Below, piece after piece: positions 37,930 through 50,580 of a stretch of 64,000 bases of DNA. Every line of letters starts with the position of its first letter. The stretch's first letter is position 1. The translations under genes were made by a program, and so were the position numbers. Origin of the DNA: Chiloscyllium plagiosum (Eukaryota); assembly GCF_004010195.1 (NCBI RefSeq), contig NC_057720.1:21605907-21669906 (forward strand). The letters are read 5' to 3'. The notes under the pieces are model-generated. The model was not told the origin of the DNA, did not search any database, and saw only the letters and a program-made list of their open reading frames with translations.

Positions 37930-38032
37930 AGAAACAAAACAGAAGTTGCTGGAAAATCTCAGCAGGTCTGGCAGCATCTGTGGAGAGAAATCAGAGTTAA
38001 CCTTTCAAGTCCAATGACACTTCCTCAGAATC
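37930..38032 (-). mobile_element. Penelope-LTR-derived fragment with degenerate hammerhead
   Basis: Minus reads tt CTGAGGA a gtgtc attg gactt GAAA ggttaactctg...ctgccagacctgctgag. Confidence 0.65.
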
Positions 38033-39838
38033 TTAAATGCGATAGACCATTCATCAATGTGTTGCAATAGTCAGAACTAGAGGGAACTGTGGCACGGATC
38101 AGGGTTTAAACGAGAATGAACTGTGTTGTGCCACAATTGGGCAATGTTGCACAGGCAGAAATAGACTATCTAAATGACAGCACCAAAGTGAAGTCAGAAG
38201 TGCATCGGGGATCAGAAGCTACACTCAGACTGTGAACACAGTGGTTTAATCTCAGACTGTTTCTCGGCAAAAGTGTGGAGGTGATAGCGGGGGATAGGAG
38301 CTGGGAACGGGATCTAAAAGCCTTTCCAATTGGAAGAACTTTCTACCCATCTACTACTAACCTTTCCTGACTCACTGAACAATTTCCTGTACTGTATACC
38401 CTGGAAGGGTGGAGATCACATCGATAACACAGGAGAATATGAGAAGGAACGTTCCATTGCAGTGAGTGGTAATGACCTGGAACTTGCTATCTATCAGGGT
38501 GGTGGAAGCAGAGATGGTGGATGATTTCTGAAGAGAATTGGATGACTGCTTGCGGAAAATAAACTTTGCAGTCTAGTCAGTTCCATTATGCCGATCTAGA
38601 TCTGAAAGAGCCAACAATAGGCCAAATGCCTCCATCTATGCCATTATGTCTTTATGACCTTATGATGGTGCTTCATATATGCAGCCTGGATACAGAGTAC
38701 GTTCGAACACATTTAAATACACATTTTACAGTGGAGGCTAAGTAGTTACACAACTAACCCTGTACTTGCTTCATTCAACAGGTAAAAGCACTCTATAGCT
38801 GTGCAACCTGTTGTATCTAAGTGAGTTGGCATTATTGGAGCTATCTTAATTTATAATTATATGCTTTTTATTACAGAATGTTGTTCTCTGTTGCATTGTC
38901 TTCACCTATAAAGAGGGATGGATATTAATAATTAAAATGGGCACATTGCAATGCTGAAGCTACTATTTGTAAAAACAAGGTTGAGGCATATGAACCAACA
39001 TGAAGATGTACCCTTTTTGTATTATATACATCAGCATCATGAGATTGCTTGTACTTCTCTTCTATACCACCAGAAATTGAATTGCACTTTTGTTGGTTTA
39101 CACTAACTTTTTTTTTGTCTTTTAATGTTACAAACTTGGTCATGTGGAATTTCTAGAATCAAATCTGATAGCCATTTTGGTTCTTTTAAATCTGACAGTA
39201 CTGCAGAGAGGATGTGTTTATTTTTTAAAGTTTTAACCCTTGTGTACACCTATCGTCATTCCGATGGGAAAGAAGCTTACAGAAGTAGAGAGAAAAAAAG
39301 GATCATTCATAACTTGGTAAAAGGGTTTCTTGGACTTCCCAAATTAGGAAATGATTTAACAGGGAAAAGTTCATTAAATCAACCTGACACAGTATAATTG
39401 ATTCACTTTGGGTTTCTAGCAGACAGAGAGAGAAGCAGTCTTGGCATGGGTGAAGTGGAGGGCTCAGCTATATGAAAGACTTTCAGATTTTCCAGTACAG
39501 AATCACAAGGAAGTGTTGGTTCAAGGCCAATCTGGGAAATGTAGTTGTGGTGGTGGTAGGTGGCTGGTGGTGGGTACTGGTGGAGTGTTGCCTGTGTGAC
39601 TTCCACCCTTCCAGGAACCAGTACATGGTGCAGAAAGTTGTTCAATGAGTCAGAAGAGGTAAGGTCTGAAAGGTAAATCAGGATACAGTTCTCATTGCAC
39701 ATCCTGTACACATGATAGTCACTTCACACCTTCATACCCAACGTCTGGTGCATTTTCTGATTCATATTCTGAGTCTTGGTGCAATTGTCTTATACAAAGA
39801 ACAGCCTTTGAAACAGTAAAGGACCATCTTGACGAATA

Positions 39839-40630
39839 TAGATATCCCCCACTTTTCGAATGTTCACTTTACATCAATTCACTTTTACGAAAGAGCTACA
39901 TTAGAACCAGTTTTTGCTGACCGAGAGAGACTTTTCGCTTTTATGATAAATCAGGTGCAGTGAGAATGGCACTGCCAAGCGCCTTCCCTGGAAGTGTTAA
40001 TAGATGACCCTCTTCCTCTCTCTCGTACACCCCGGTCTCCTATACCTCCCACCACCCCAACCTCTGACAACTCAGCCTAACATAGCACCTCTCAGCCTTC
40101 CAGTGTGCTCGCTGTCTTCCCAATTCTGGTGAGTGAAACTGCACTGTATATACATTATTTCTACTTTATATAGGCTATGTATTTATCATCAAGATTAGAG
40201 TGGTGCTGGAAATGCATAACAGTTGGGCAGCATCCGAGGAGCAGGAAAATGAACGTTTTGGGCAGGAGCCTTTCATCAGGAATGAGGTTGGAAGCCTTGA
40301 AGGTGGAGAAACCTCGATTCTCCTGCTCCTCGGATGCTGCCTGACCTGCTTTGCATTTCCAGCACCACTCTAATCTTGACTCTAATCTCCAGCATCTGCA
40401 GTCCTCACTTTCGCCCTGTGTATTTATCATATCATTCCTGTTTTTACTTTCTGTTAGTGTTAGTTTTGGCTTTGTGTATTATTGGTATGATTTAGTAGGT
40501 TATTTTTGGGTCTGGGAACATTCAAACATTTTTCCTATATAAATTAATGGTAATTGCTTCTTCATTTTACACTTCGGCTTACAAGAGGTTCCATAGGAAT
40601 GTTGTACTTTCAGATAGTGGGGGACACTTG
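39839..40630. mobile_element. Tigger/pogo-like non-autonomous DNA transposon
   Basis: Imperfect TIRs tagatatcccccacttttcgaa / ttcagatagtgggggacacttg with TA on the left; no transposase ORF. Confidence 0.65.
40190..40418. mobile_element. Fold-back Penelope-LTR-derived insertion nested in the Tigger-like element, 12-bp TSD
   Basis: Arms caagattagagtggtgctggaaatgca / tgcatttccagcaccactctaatcttg; TSD tgtatttatcat at 40178-40189 and 40419-40430; degenerate hammerhead on minus at 40250-40282. Confidence 0.88.
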
Positions 40631-40724
40631 AACTTGCCAACTCGCACATTCAACATCAAGGGGTTTTGTTAAACCTGAATAGCAGTTGATTTATAAATGA
40701 CAGTATACATGCAGATCTATCTGT

Positions 40725-40905
40725 CATAGATCATAGAACATAGAACATAGAAAAGTACAGCACAGAACAGGTCCTTAGGCCCACGATGTTGTGCCGAGAT
40801 TTATTCCTAATGTAAAATATAGTAACTTAACCTATGCACCCCTCAATTTACTGCTATCCATGTGCATGTCCAGCAGTCACTTAAATGTCCCCAGTGACTC
40901 TGCTA
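40725..40905 (-). mobile_element. CR1 3' tail
   Basis: (catagaa)n tail followed by gtacagcacagaacagg. Confidence 0.8.
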
Positions 40906-41989
40906 TGTCGTGAAAGTATTACTGTGAGGGAATAGAAGTGTCCAAAGTAGAGTTTTTTAGAAAATATTTTATTGTATTTCTGCATGGGTAAAAGTTACAC
41001 ACAATCAACAGCAGAGGAATGAAACTGGGGCAGGAGTGCCACCATCATACATCATGAATTATCGTTAAAAGGGGTAAGAGCGTAATGGACAGGAAAATAC
41101 GGGAAAGATGGTAAAATTGTAGATGGGCTAGCATGAAAGGATTAGTCAAGGTTCTGTTTCTGTAACCACTTCCTTGCGTCTGCTTGCATTTTCTTGCTGG
41201 ATATGAATGTTATTCGGTAGTAAGAAAGAAATTGCCAGAAGATTCTGATAGTGTCAGAGATAGGCAGGGGAGAAGTAACTTTATCTGCTGTGTCAACATT
41301 TAATCATTGCAGGCACTCACCTCCTTCTCTCGCTGGCTGTTGGTCAATGACTTTCCTGTTCCCACATCTTTCCTTTCCTTTCCTTGGCACACCTCATTCT
41401 GTGAGGACGTTGTTCTTTATCTCCCTTCTATTTTCGTTATTGCCATCATTCTGTTAATTTTATAAGTAAGACACCTTTTCTCTTTGTAATATTATTATAG
41501 GGCTCTTCAAACAAAAATTATTCTTGATGCTCTTGTTGGGTTGCATTGCAGGCTCCATCAGCTATCTCCAAACCCTAAACTGAGTTGTCTCTATTAATTT
41601 TCTGATACCCCTTCATGGGTCTCACTATACTGATTGCCTGACTGAAGCAACCATTCTAATTTTTGGTTTTGACCAGAAGGGCTGATATTTGATTTGAGCC
41701 ATTATTTTAGAATCATAATTGCTTCCTTATCAGGATACTTGTTAAAATTAATGGCTTTGCACACTAGCTGAATAAAATTGAATGAAACATAATTGAAGAA
41801 AAGCCTTTTCTGTTTGTGAAAATGAGAAGATAGTCATGGTACTTATGTTAGCTCCATAAGCATTCCATTTATTGCCCCTTGCACCTGTGAGAGCTCTGTC
41901 ATTCTGTAGAATTGGACAGCTTGGCATTCCAACTGGAACTCTATCAACAAACATATTGGCTTGGACCCCATTTACCACCCTTTGAGAAA

Positions 41990-42200
41990 ACAACAGGAAA
42001 TGACATAATCACAGGAAATGACATCACTTCAGGGAATGTCACCACAGGAAATGACATCATCGACCCAAGGTAACCTAAACACAAATAGAAAGCAGGACAG
42101 AACACCAGTGTTTCACTGGAGGCTCACTGATGATGTTCCCTAGTATGGTGATGAAATGTCTGAAAACAAAACTTCCAGCTCAGCGAACAAACTTACATCC
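41990..42200 (+). mobile_element. Penelope pLTR fragment with short tandem motif and hammerhead
   Basis: acaggaaatgacat repeats; TCA CTGATGA T GTTCCCT AGTA TGGTGAT GAAAT GTC TGA at 42124-42163; related to the 22030 family. Confidence 0.7.
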
Positions 42201-42690
42201 ATTTCCTTGAAATACTACACCAATTCAGTTGAAGACACAGTCTTCTCAGAAAGTAAAATGTTAATTTATCTAAGGGAGGACCATCTATGTTCAGCAACCT
42301 GATTAAGTGTTTCTTTATATAGACAACAGATTTCTTCTGTGATGCTTTAATTTGAATTTTAAGTATAAACTCATTGATATTACTTTCTGCAAATACATGT
42401 CAGGAAAAGTGTTGAAAGAATCTCAAGAGCACTGACAGACCCAAAAGCAAAATCTATGTGAGGTGTTAGAAATCTGAAATAGAAACAGGAACTACTAGAA
42501 ATACTCAGCATGTCAGAAAGGATCTGTCGAGGGAAATAGTATTAATATTTCACGTCATGATGATTGTCCATCAGGTTACATTGCAGGCAAATTAACGTTA
42601 ACCTTCAAACAATGTGCTGGTGTTGGAAGTAGTGCCATTCTGTCATTAACGTCACTTATTATTCTATGTTATAACAGTAGAAGATCCTAG

Positions 42691-42864
42691 GTGAAAGTGA
42701 GGACTGCAGATGCTGGAGTTCATAGTCCAGAATGTGGTGCAGGAAAATCACAGTTGGTCAGGCAGCATCCGAGGAGCAGGGGAGTCGACGTTTTGGGCAA
42801 AAGCCCTTCATCAGTAAGGGTGCTTTTCTTGGAAAAGCTGAGCTTTTCCAGCACCACACTCTTG
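42691..42864. mobile_element. Short Penelope-LTR-derived insertion, 15-bp TSD
   Basis: agtagaagatcctag at 42676-42690 and 42865-42879; hammerhead remnant on minus at 42783-42814. Confidence 0.88.
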
Positions 42865-42934
42865 AGTAGAAGATCCTAGTCAGTTCAAAGTCTCTGAAGC
42901 TGTTTCAAATAACCAATGATTGGGCTGTATTGAA

Positions 42935-43075
42935 AATAAACAATGCTGGAAATCACAGTGGGTCAGGCAGCATCTGTGGAGAGAGAGCGCAAACTAATGT
43001 TTCGAGTCAGATACTGCCTGATCCGCTGTGGTTTCCAGCATCTTTTTATTTTTAGTACAGCTTCCAGCATCTGTG
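42935..43075. mobile_element. Short fold-back Penelope-LTR-like element
   Basis: atgctggaaatcacagtgggtcaggcagcatct / agatactgcctgatccgctgtggtttccagcat. Confidence 0.7.
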
Positions 43076-46000
43076 GCAATTTGCATGATTGGGTTGTAAT
43101 AAACTTGATGGCCCCATGCCTAACGTTAAGCCTCAGGTGTGGACAGGTGTCATCGATCATACGAGAGAGATCCTCCAACCTTCTGATTGCGTGGAAAAGT
43201 AGAGTGATATCTGAGTGTCCCTGAATCATACCAATCGCCATCCAAACCATCACAGACTTGCATTAACTTTTAATGGTGATTGCACACCAATTGAACATGA
43301 AGATCATGTCAGAGTGCAAATAATGTAATCAGATCTCAATGTGAATTAATTCATGCGGTGCACACCTTTTCTCTGGGGATTCATTTGCAACATTCGTCAG
43401 GGGTATATTAAAAAAAATTGTCTGGCGAATTTCTATCGGAACTGGGCAGTTAATCAACAGTCCCGAGTTTAACTGTTGAGCTTTCTTGTTCTTGTTGGAC
43501 AGATTGGGTTAAAATTGAGGCCCACCTCTCGTCGGTCAAGTATAATATGGGTCAGATGTTAAATTAGGTTCAAGACTTCACTGGTGGACCAGGGGTGAAT
43601 TTCCACCAGCCAAACAATAAGCTTTAATGAATTGGACAGTGTGTATTTTAACAAATTTTGCCGAGCGTAAAACAAGGTTTAATAAATTGAATGGTGTATG
43701 AAAAGGATGGTCAATGAACTCTCACGAGCTTTTCATCCAACACTGTAATTGATAAATCCCCTCTGGATTTCTAAAGAATAATCATTTCTGCTTAAAATAT
43801 GCACTGGAATACATTTTTATTTTGTCTAGATAACTTATTTTGGCTACATAACATCAGAACAATACTTCTGAGTTCTTTAAAATTGTAAATAAAGCACCAT
43901 GAGTAGTAATACAAAAAACTAAATGTGATTTTAGGTTCAGATTAAAACTGCTGCCTAAACGTTATCTGTGATTCCAGCTAAGTGCATCACACTGCTTCCA
44001 GCACAGTGTAATTTGTGGGTCACAAAGGTCAGCACTTTGCAGGGTTGCATTTGTGTAAGGCTCAGAGTTAATGACTTGAGACTAAATGGGAAAATTGACA
44101 ACTGGACTCAAGCCAAAGGTTACTGGGTTTCATAAATTCTATGACACTATATCTTATTACTTAAAATGTAGCAACAATTTTCCAATCCAGTATAACGTGT
44201 AACTTGGGGTTAACATTGGTTTAAAATTTTCTGTAACTATTTTATCCTACACAATAAAATGACAATAGCGTAACAAAGAACATAAAAGTGAGGGGTTTGG
44301 ATTCTTTCCCAAAATTGATTTTGCAAAAGGAATCAGAGTGAGCATTGCTATAAGCTGCAACCACTTATTCCAATGCGATAGCATTCCTTCAAGGGACCAC
44401 TAGAGGCCATAGAAGAAGCATGCAGGTATGCTTTTTTTCAATGTACATTAACCTACAGCCATAAGAGGCAAGAGCGATCCTCAAAATTCCTCCTGGATGT
44501 TGCTGACTCTGCCGATCAGTTTTTGCTCACCTTACAAAATGCACTCTTTCTGTCCTCTGCTGGACTCACTTGGGAGCCTTAGCTACCTTCACTTCTCACC
44601 AGAATTTGTAGGACACAAGCCAATAATCAGTGGTCATGATGATGAGACTGAAGGACAGATTGAGGCTGCTCCTCATTGCCTCTCCGCCCTAACATGCACT
44701 GGCTGGTCGCATCACAACTGGTTTTAAGGAGCTAATTAATTTAGGAAGCAAATTGTGAGTCATGTTTTCAATTTTTTTTGCCACTGAAGATTGGCAATGG
44801 CTTTATAAAGGAGATTTTTCTGATTTATCTTTCTGTGTTTAACCTGTTCTCAATTCATAACTGAACTACTGTCTGAATAACTGAGTTAGAGAAATCCCTA
44901 ATGGATTATGTTACATTCTTATGTCTGGCAGTTCACACACACACAGAGAAAATGGTCATTTTATGTCAGTATTGAAAGAGGCTTGAGAATTTTCAAGTAC
45001 ATTTAGTAAATGGATGATGATGGTGTGTCAGTTTCTCATTCTGGGCTCCAGCCCATTACCCTTTTTAATCAAATATAAATCAGTCTCAGGCTTCACTTTC
45101 ATTTTTCAATAAATTCATTCATCTTGTGTAACCTTTGACCTACCACATGACTTTTTTCAAAACTGATCTATGACCCAAGACTCAACAGATGCGGTTTGAA
45201 AAATTCTAAGCGAATACTAAACTAAATGGACTCCTGGATATATTATGCCCATACTTCTGTGTGACAGTAACTCTTAATGGTCATCATTTACTAAAGTTTC
45301 TCCATACTTCTGCATAGGTTGCTTTGTATTCGTAGCAATAATACAATGGCAGACATTTGGAACTGTATAAAAAAGGAAAAGAATGTGCCTTGCTTATGAT
45401 ACTGTATGCTGTCAGTGTAAACGAGAAATGTTACAATTCATTTTTTTCCCTACTGACTCTAATTTGTTAGCACCTATTTTAGATGTTGCAGCAATTTATT
45501 GTCTCCATGCCAACTCGTTCCCAGCATTACAAGATCAGCATTTGGACTATGTCAGTATGAATGCAGTCTTTTATATTGAATTCACTTAGAGCCCTGTGAG
45601 GCCTCTTGCCATTGATCAGACATGTATGTAAGAAACGGGTATCTCTTGAAAACGACATTTTAAAATACAATCAACGTCATTTCCATTAAACACCAGATTC
45701 CAAAAATTTTAACAATGAAATATGTCCTTTCAGTTGAGTTGGAATAATTCTGCCTCCTGGCTTTGTAGCCATGGAAACAAATGCCAATATGTTCCATATG
45801 TACAGCATTGCCTGTGAAGTAGAAATTATTGGCACTCTCTGCTTGTCTAAAGCCTCCAGAAAAGCTGCTTAATTTAAACCAGCCAAAGAACCATGAAAGA
45901 AAATTACAGTAACCATTTACACTGTTTCCTTTCAGTTATTAACATTTGCATCAAATGTGAATCCCTTTATCAGGAAGGATAGAATGACATGATTTAAAAA

Positions 46001-46799
46001 AGAAATATATGCTCTTCCCGTGTTTAATCTTTTTTGCAGGTTCTGGATTCACTCGTTTTAATGCTTACATTTTTTTTCGTAATGCGCATGCAAGTCTGAT
46101 GTAATATCACAGGATAAGGCACAACAACAGGCCTCCAGATTATCCAACATACTCTGATTGCATTTATGTACAGATGTTAATTGAGGGAATTACACAACAG
46201 GGATTAGCTGAAAGCATATTTGGGCCACTAAGTTTGAAAAATACAACAAAAAAGAAATCACTGACAGGACTTTGCCACAAATCCAAGTTTGAACATAAAG
46301 GGAGGGGTGCAAGTGCATTGTAGCAGTGATTTGCCAATATATCGCTATATTGATTCTGCATTGCAGGATTGATACAAATGTAATGGCACAGCAAGCCCAT
46401 AGGGAATGAAGCATGTCTAGTGAAAATTGGAAATCAATAGGAGTCTATAATCACAAGCAAACTGCACTGTTCTCATTGTAAAGAGGTATGACAGACTTCA
46501 CTTGTCAAAGCTGCTGCTATTACGCTGGGTATTTTATGAAACATTTTTTTACCTTATCCCAGGCAATACATCACCCCAGTATAGGGTCTGTTATCTCCTG
46601 TGCAATGACTTTAATAATACATAGGTCCCCTTAAATACTTTGAATAGTAAAAAAAAATTGAAATAGAAAAGATTCTGATTGCAAAGCTGGTTTATGGCAG
46701 CAAAATACTGTGCTCTGTAAAGCCACACTTCAGATTTATTAGTTCTGATGTAGAAATTTTGGGCAGAATTGGGAACCCAAATAGATATAATTTCAGGTC

Positions 46800-49700
46800 C
46801 CAATTTTTGGTCACTCCGAGAGTTGTTCCGACTGTCCAGAAGAGTAACTTTTGGCAGATAGTGTCGGAATCCTCTGTGGCCATTCCCCTCTCAAACAGGT
46901 ATACTATTTGGATACTGTTAGGGGATGGCCTCGCAGGGGAAAACAGCAACAGCCAAGTTTGTAGGTATCACGGTGGCTCTACTGCATAGCAGGGGAGAAA
47001 TAAGACTTGGAGAGCTTTAGTGATAGGGCACTCGATTGTGAAAGGAACTTACAGGCTGTTCTGTGGTGGTAAAAGAGACTCTCGAATTGTATATTGCCTC
47101 CCTGGTGCCAGGGTCAGGGATATCTCAGAGCGGCTGCAGGCTATACTGAACAGGGAGTTTGAACAACCAGCACAAATAGTACATGTCGGTACCAAAAACA
47201 TGGGTTAAAAAATAAGAAATGATGTCGTGCAGCAGGAATTTAGACAGCTCAGTGGTAGTTTACAGAGGAAGACTATTAAGGTTGTAATCGCTGGATTACT
47301 TCCGGTGTCACATGCTACTGAGTATACTAATAGGAACAGAGGTGATACCATGCGAAAGGAGGGAGGGCTTTAGATGTTTTAATCACTGTGACCGTTTCTG
47401 TGGTAGGTAGGACCTGTACAAGATGGCTGGGTTTCATCTGAACTGGAATGGTTCCAATATCTTTACTGGGAGGTTTGCTCGTGCAACTGGGGACGTTTTA
47501 AACTGATCTGGGACACAGAGTAGATGTAAAGTCAAGAGCAAGGTCTAATCAGATAAATATGAAATGCCAAGAAAGTCCATTAGACAGTGAGGATATGGAC
47601 AAGATAAGGCACATGGGAGGTCTAGAAAGCTAAATTGCATCTACTTCAATTCAAGGAGCTTGACTGATAAGGTGGATGAACTTGGAGCATTGATCAGCAT
47701 GTGGGAATATGGTATTGTTGAAATCACTGAGATATGGTTGAAGGAAGGACAGGACTGGCAGATCAACATTCCAGGGCATAGAAGTTTTGGGCGTGATGAT
47801 GGAGTATGTAAGAGAGGTGGGGACAATGCATTATTGATAAAGGAAACCATGACTGTAATAATGAGGGAAGATGGCCTAGAAGGTTCTTCAAATGAGGCCA
47901 TCCGGTGAAGCGGAGAAATGAATACTGGGCCAATTACCTTGCTGGGATTATACCTTAGGCCTCCCAACAGTCAGAGGCACATAGAGGAGCAGAGATGTAG
48001 GCACATTACAGAAAGGTGTGAGAGAAACATGTTATAATTGTAGGGGATTTCAACTTTGCTAACGTTGAATGGGATCGCTTTTGTGTGAAAGAGTAGACAC
48101 GATGGCATTTTAAACTGCATCCAGGAGAGCTTTTCTGTGCCAATACATAGATAATTCTACCACAAATAGGGCAGTGTTAGACCTCATCCTAGGGAATGAA
48201 GCTAGTCAACTGTTTGAAGTTTCAGTGAATGAGTGGGGATAGTGATCATAATGCTGCAAGTTTCAAAGTCATTATAGAAAAAAAGGGATAAGGATAATGC
48301 AGGATAAGGATAGTGTCTAAACTGGGGGAAGACCAATTTCAATATAGATAGGATCTGGCAAACAAAGACTTGGAGCAGTTACTTGCACTGAAGTTTACAT
48401 TTGGAAAGTGCGAGTCTCTTAAAAATAGTATCGTGAGAATTCAGGGCCAGTGTGTTCCTCCACAAGTGAAGGGCAAGGTCATCAAATCCAGGGAAGCCTG
48501 GATGTTATGAGATATTGAGAATTTGATGAAGGAATCATATGTCAGTTACAACATATTAAAGGCAGGGAAGGCCCTTCAAAAGTATAGAGAGTGTAGGGGG
48601 GTTGCTTAAACAAGAAATTAGGGGGGCAAAGAGGGGTTACAAAGTATCTTTGGCAGATCAAATCAAGGAAAATGAAGATATTTAATGAATGTATTAAAAG
48701 TAAGAGTATGTGGAGCCACTGGACGTGGGTAAGATCTTAAATGAATACTTCTTATCTGTATTAACAGAAGAGAAAGACATTTTAGCCAGGTTCTAGAAGA
48801 TGTTAAGATTAATAAGGAGGAAGTATTAAATGTTTAAGTGGGCAGACAGCTGCATAATTTCTCCAGGCTGCTATGGGAGGCAAGGGAGAAGACGACTGGG
48901 GCCCAGGTAGAGATATTTAACACTTCATTAGCCACAGTTGAAGTGCCAGATGACTAGAGGATAGCTAATGTGATTCCTTTATTCAAGAATGGCAGCAGGA
49001 ATAGGTCAGATAATTACAGACCAGTTAGCTTGGCATCAGTGGTAGGGAAATTATTGGAAAAACATCTGACGATCAGGCTTAATCATCACATGGAAAGGCA
49101 GGGATTCATCAGAGACAGTCAGCATGAATTTGTTAGAGTGAGATCCTGTCTGACTAATTTAATTATTTAATTGAGTTTTTTGAGAAGGTGACTACATACA
49201 TTGATGAGGGTGGTGCAGTTGGTGTGGTTTATGTGGAATTTAGTAAGGCCTTTGACAAGATCCCAAATGGAATGCTGATCCAAAAGGTAAGAGCCCATAG
49301 CATCCAAGCCAAATTGGCAAACTGGACCCAAAATTGGCTTTCAAATAGAAGAGCTGGAAATGTGTTGCTGGAAAAGCGCAGCAGGTCAGGCAGCATCCAG
49401 GGAACAGGAGAATCGACGTTTCGGGCATAAGCCCTTCTTCAGGAAACTGAAGGCAAAGGGTAAAATGGAGCAAATAGAAGGCAAAGGGTAAAATGGAGCA
49501 AAAACAGAGGTTGCTGCTAAAGCTCATCACCTCTGTCAGCTTCCATGAAGAGAAATCAAAGTTAATGTTTTGGGTCAGGTGACTCTTCCATACGGTGGAG
49601 GGTTGTTTTTGTGACTGGAAGCCTGCGCCCAGCAGGGATTGGGTTTGGGACCTATTATGTTTGTTATGTACACAACGACTTGGATATGAATGTAGAAAGT

Positions 49701-50580
49701 ATAATTAGGAAGTTTGCAGAAGAAACAAAAAGTAGGGTGAATCATCGAGAGTGAGGAGGATGGTCTCAGGCTGCAGTCTATATTAATCAGCTGGTAAACT
49801 GGGCAGGGCAACGACAGATGGAATGTAATCCTGATAAGTGTGAGACAATGCATTTTAGGAGGTATAATTAGGGAAGGATATACCCAATGAATGTTACGTC
49901 CCTAGGCAGTACTGAAGAGCAAAGAGACCTTGATTACAAGTCCATAGATCCCTGAAAATATCAGCACAGGTAGACAGGATGGGGAAGAAGATTTATGGGA
50001 TGCTTGCCTTCATTAGGCATGGCATTGAATATAAGAGCAAGGAAATCTTTTTACTACCCTATAAAACATCTGATCACCACACTATCGGAAGGGCATGATT
50101 GCACTGGAGACGGTGTAGAGGAGATTCACCAGGATGTTGCCTGGGATGGAAAGACTCAGTTATGAGGAGATACTGGATAGGCTGGGTATGTTTGGAGAAG
50201 AGGAGGCTGATGTGGAATCTGATTGAGGCATACACAAGTATGAGAGGTATAGTCAGAGTAGATCATGAGAATCTTTTCCCCATGCAGACGAGTCTAAGCC
50301 CAGTGGGCATAAATTTCAGGTGAGGAGGAAGTGGTTCAGAGGTAATCTCAGAAAAATTTACCAGAGGGTGGTAGATATATAGAATGTGCTGTTTGAGAGA
50401 GTGATAGAAGCAGGGACTCTGGTAACATTTAAGAATCATCTGGGTGAGCACTTAAAATGCTGGGGCGTAGTAGGCTATTGACTGAGTGCAGATAAATAGG
50501 ATTAGTGCAGTCTGGTGTTTGTTGGTCATCAGTGTAGGCATGGACGGTCATAGGGCCTGTTTCTATGCTGTATGACTCTA
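46800..50580 (+). mobile_element. Near-full-length decayed CR1 LINE (ORF1 esterase, APE endonuclease, RT, 3' UTR)
   Basis: ORF1 'VIGHSIVKG...VYCLPGARVRDISERL...VHVGTKNM' (SGNH-like GDS/GxND remnants); EN 'EITEIWL'; RT 'NYRPVSLAS', 'EFSKAFDKIP'. Confidence 0.92.
49352..49470 (-). mobile_element. Penelope-LTR-derived insertion with intact hammerhead, nested in CR1, 10-bp TSD
   Basis: aatcgacgtttcgggcataagcccttcttcagg at ~49411-49443; TSD caaatagaag at 49342-49351 and 49471-49480. Confidence 0.8.
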
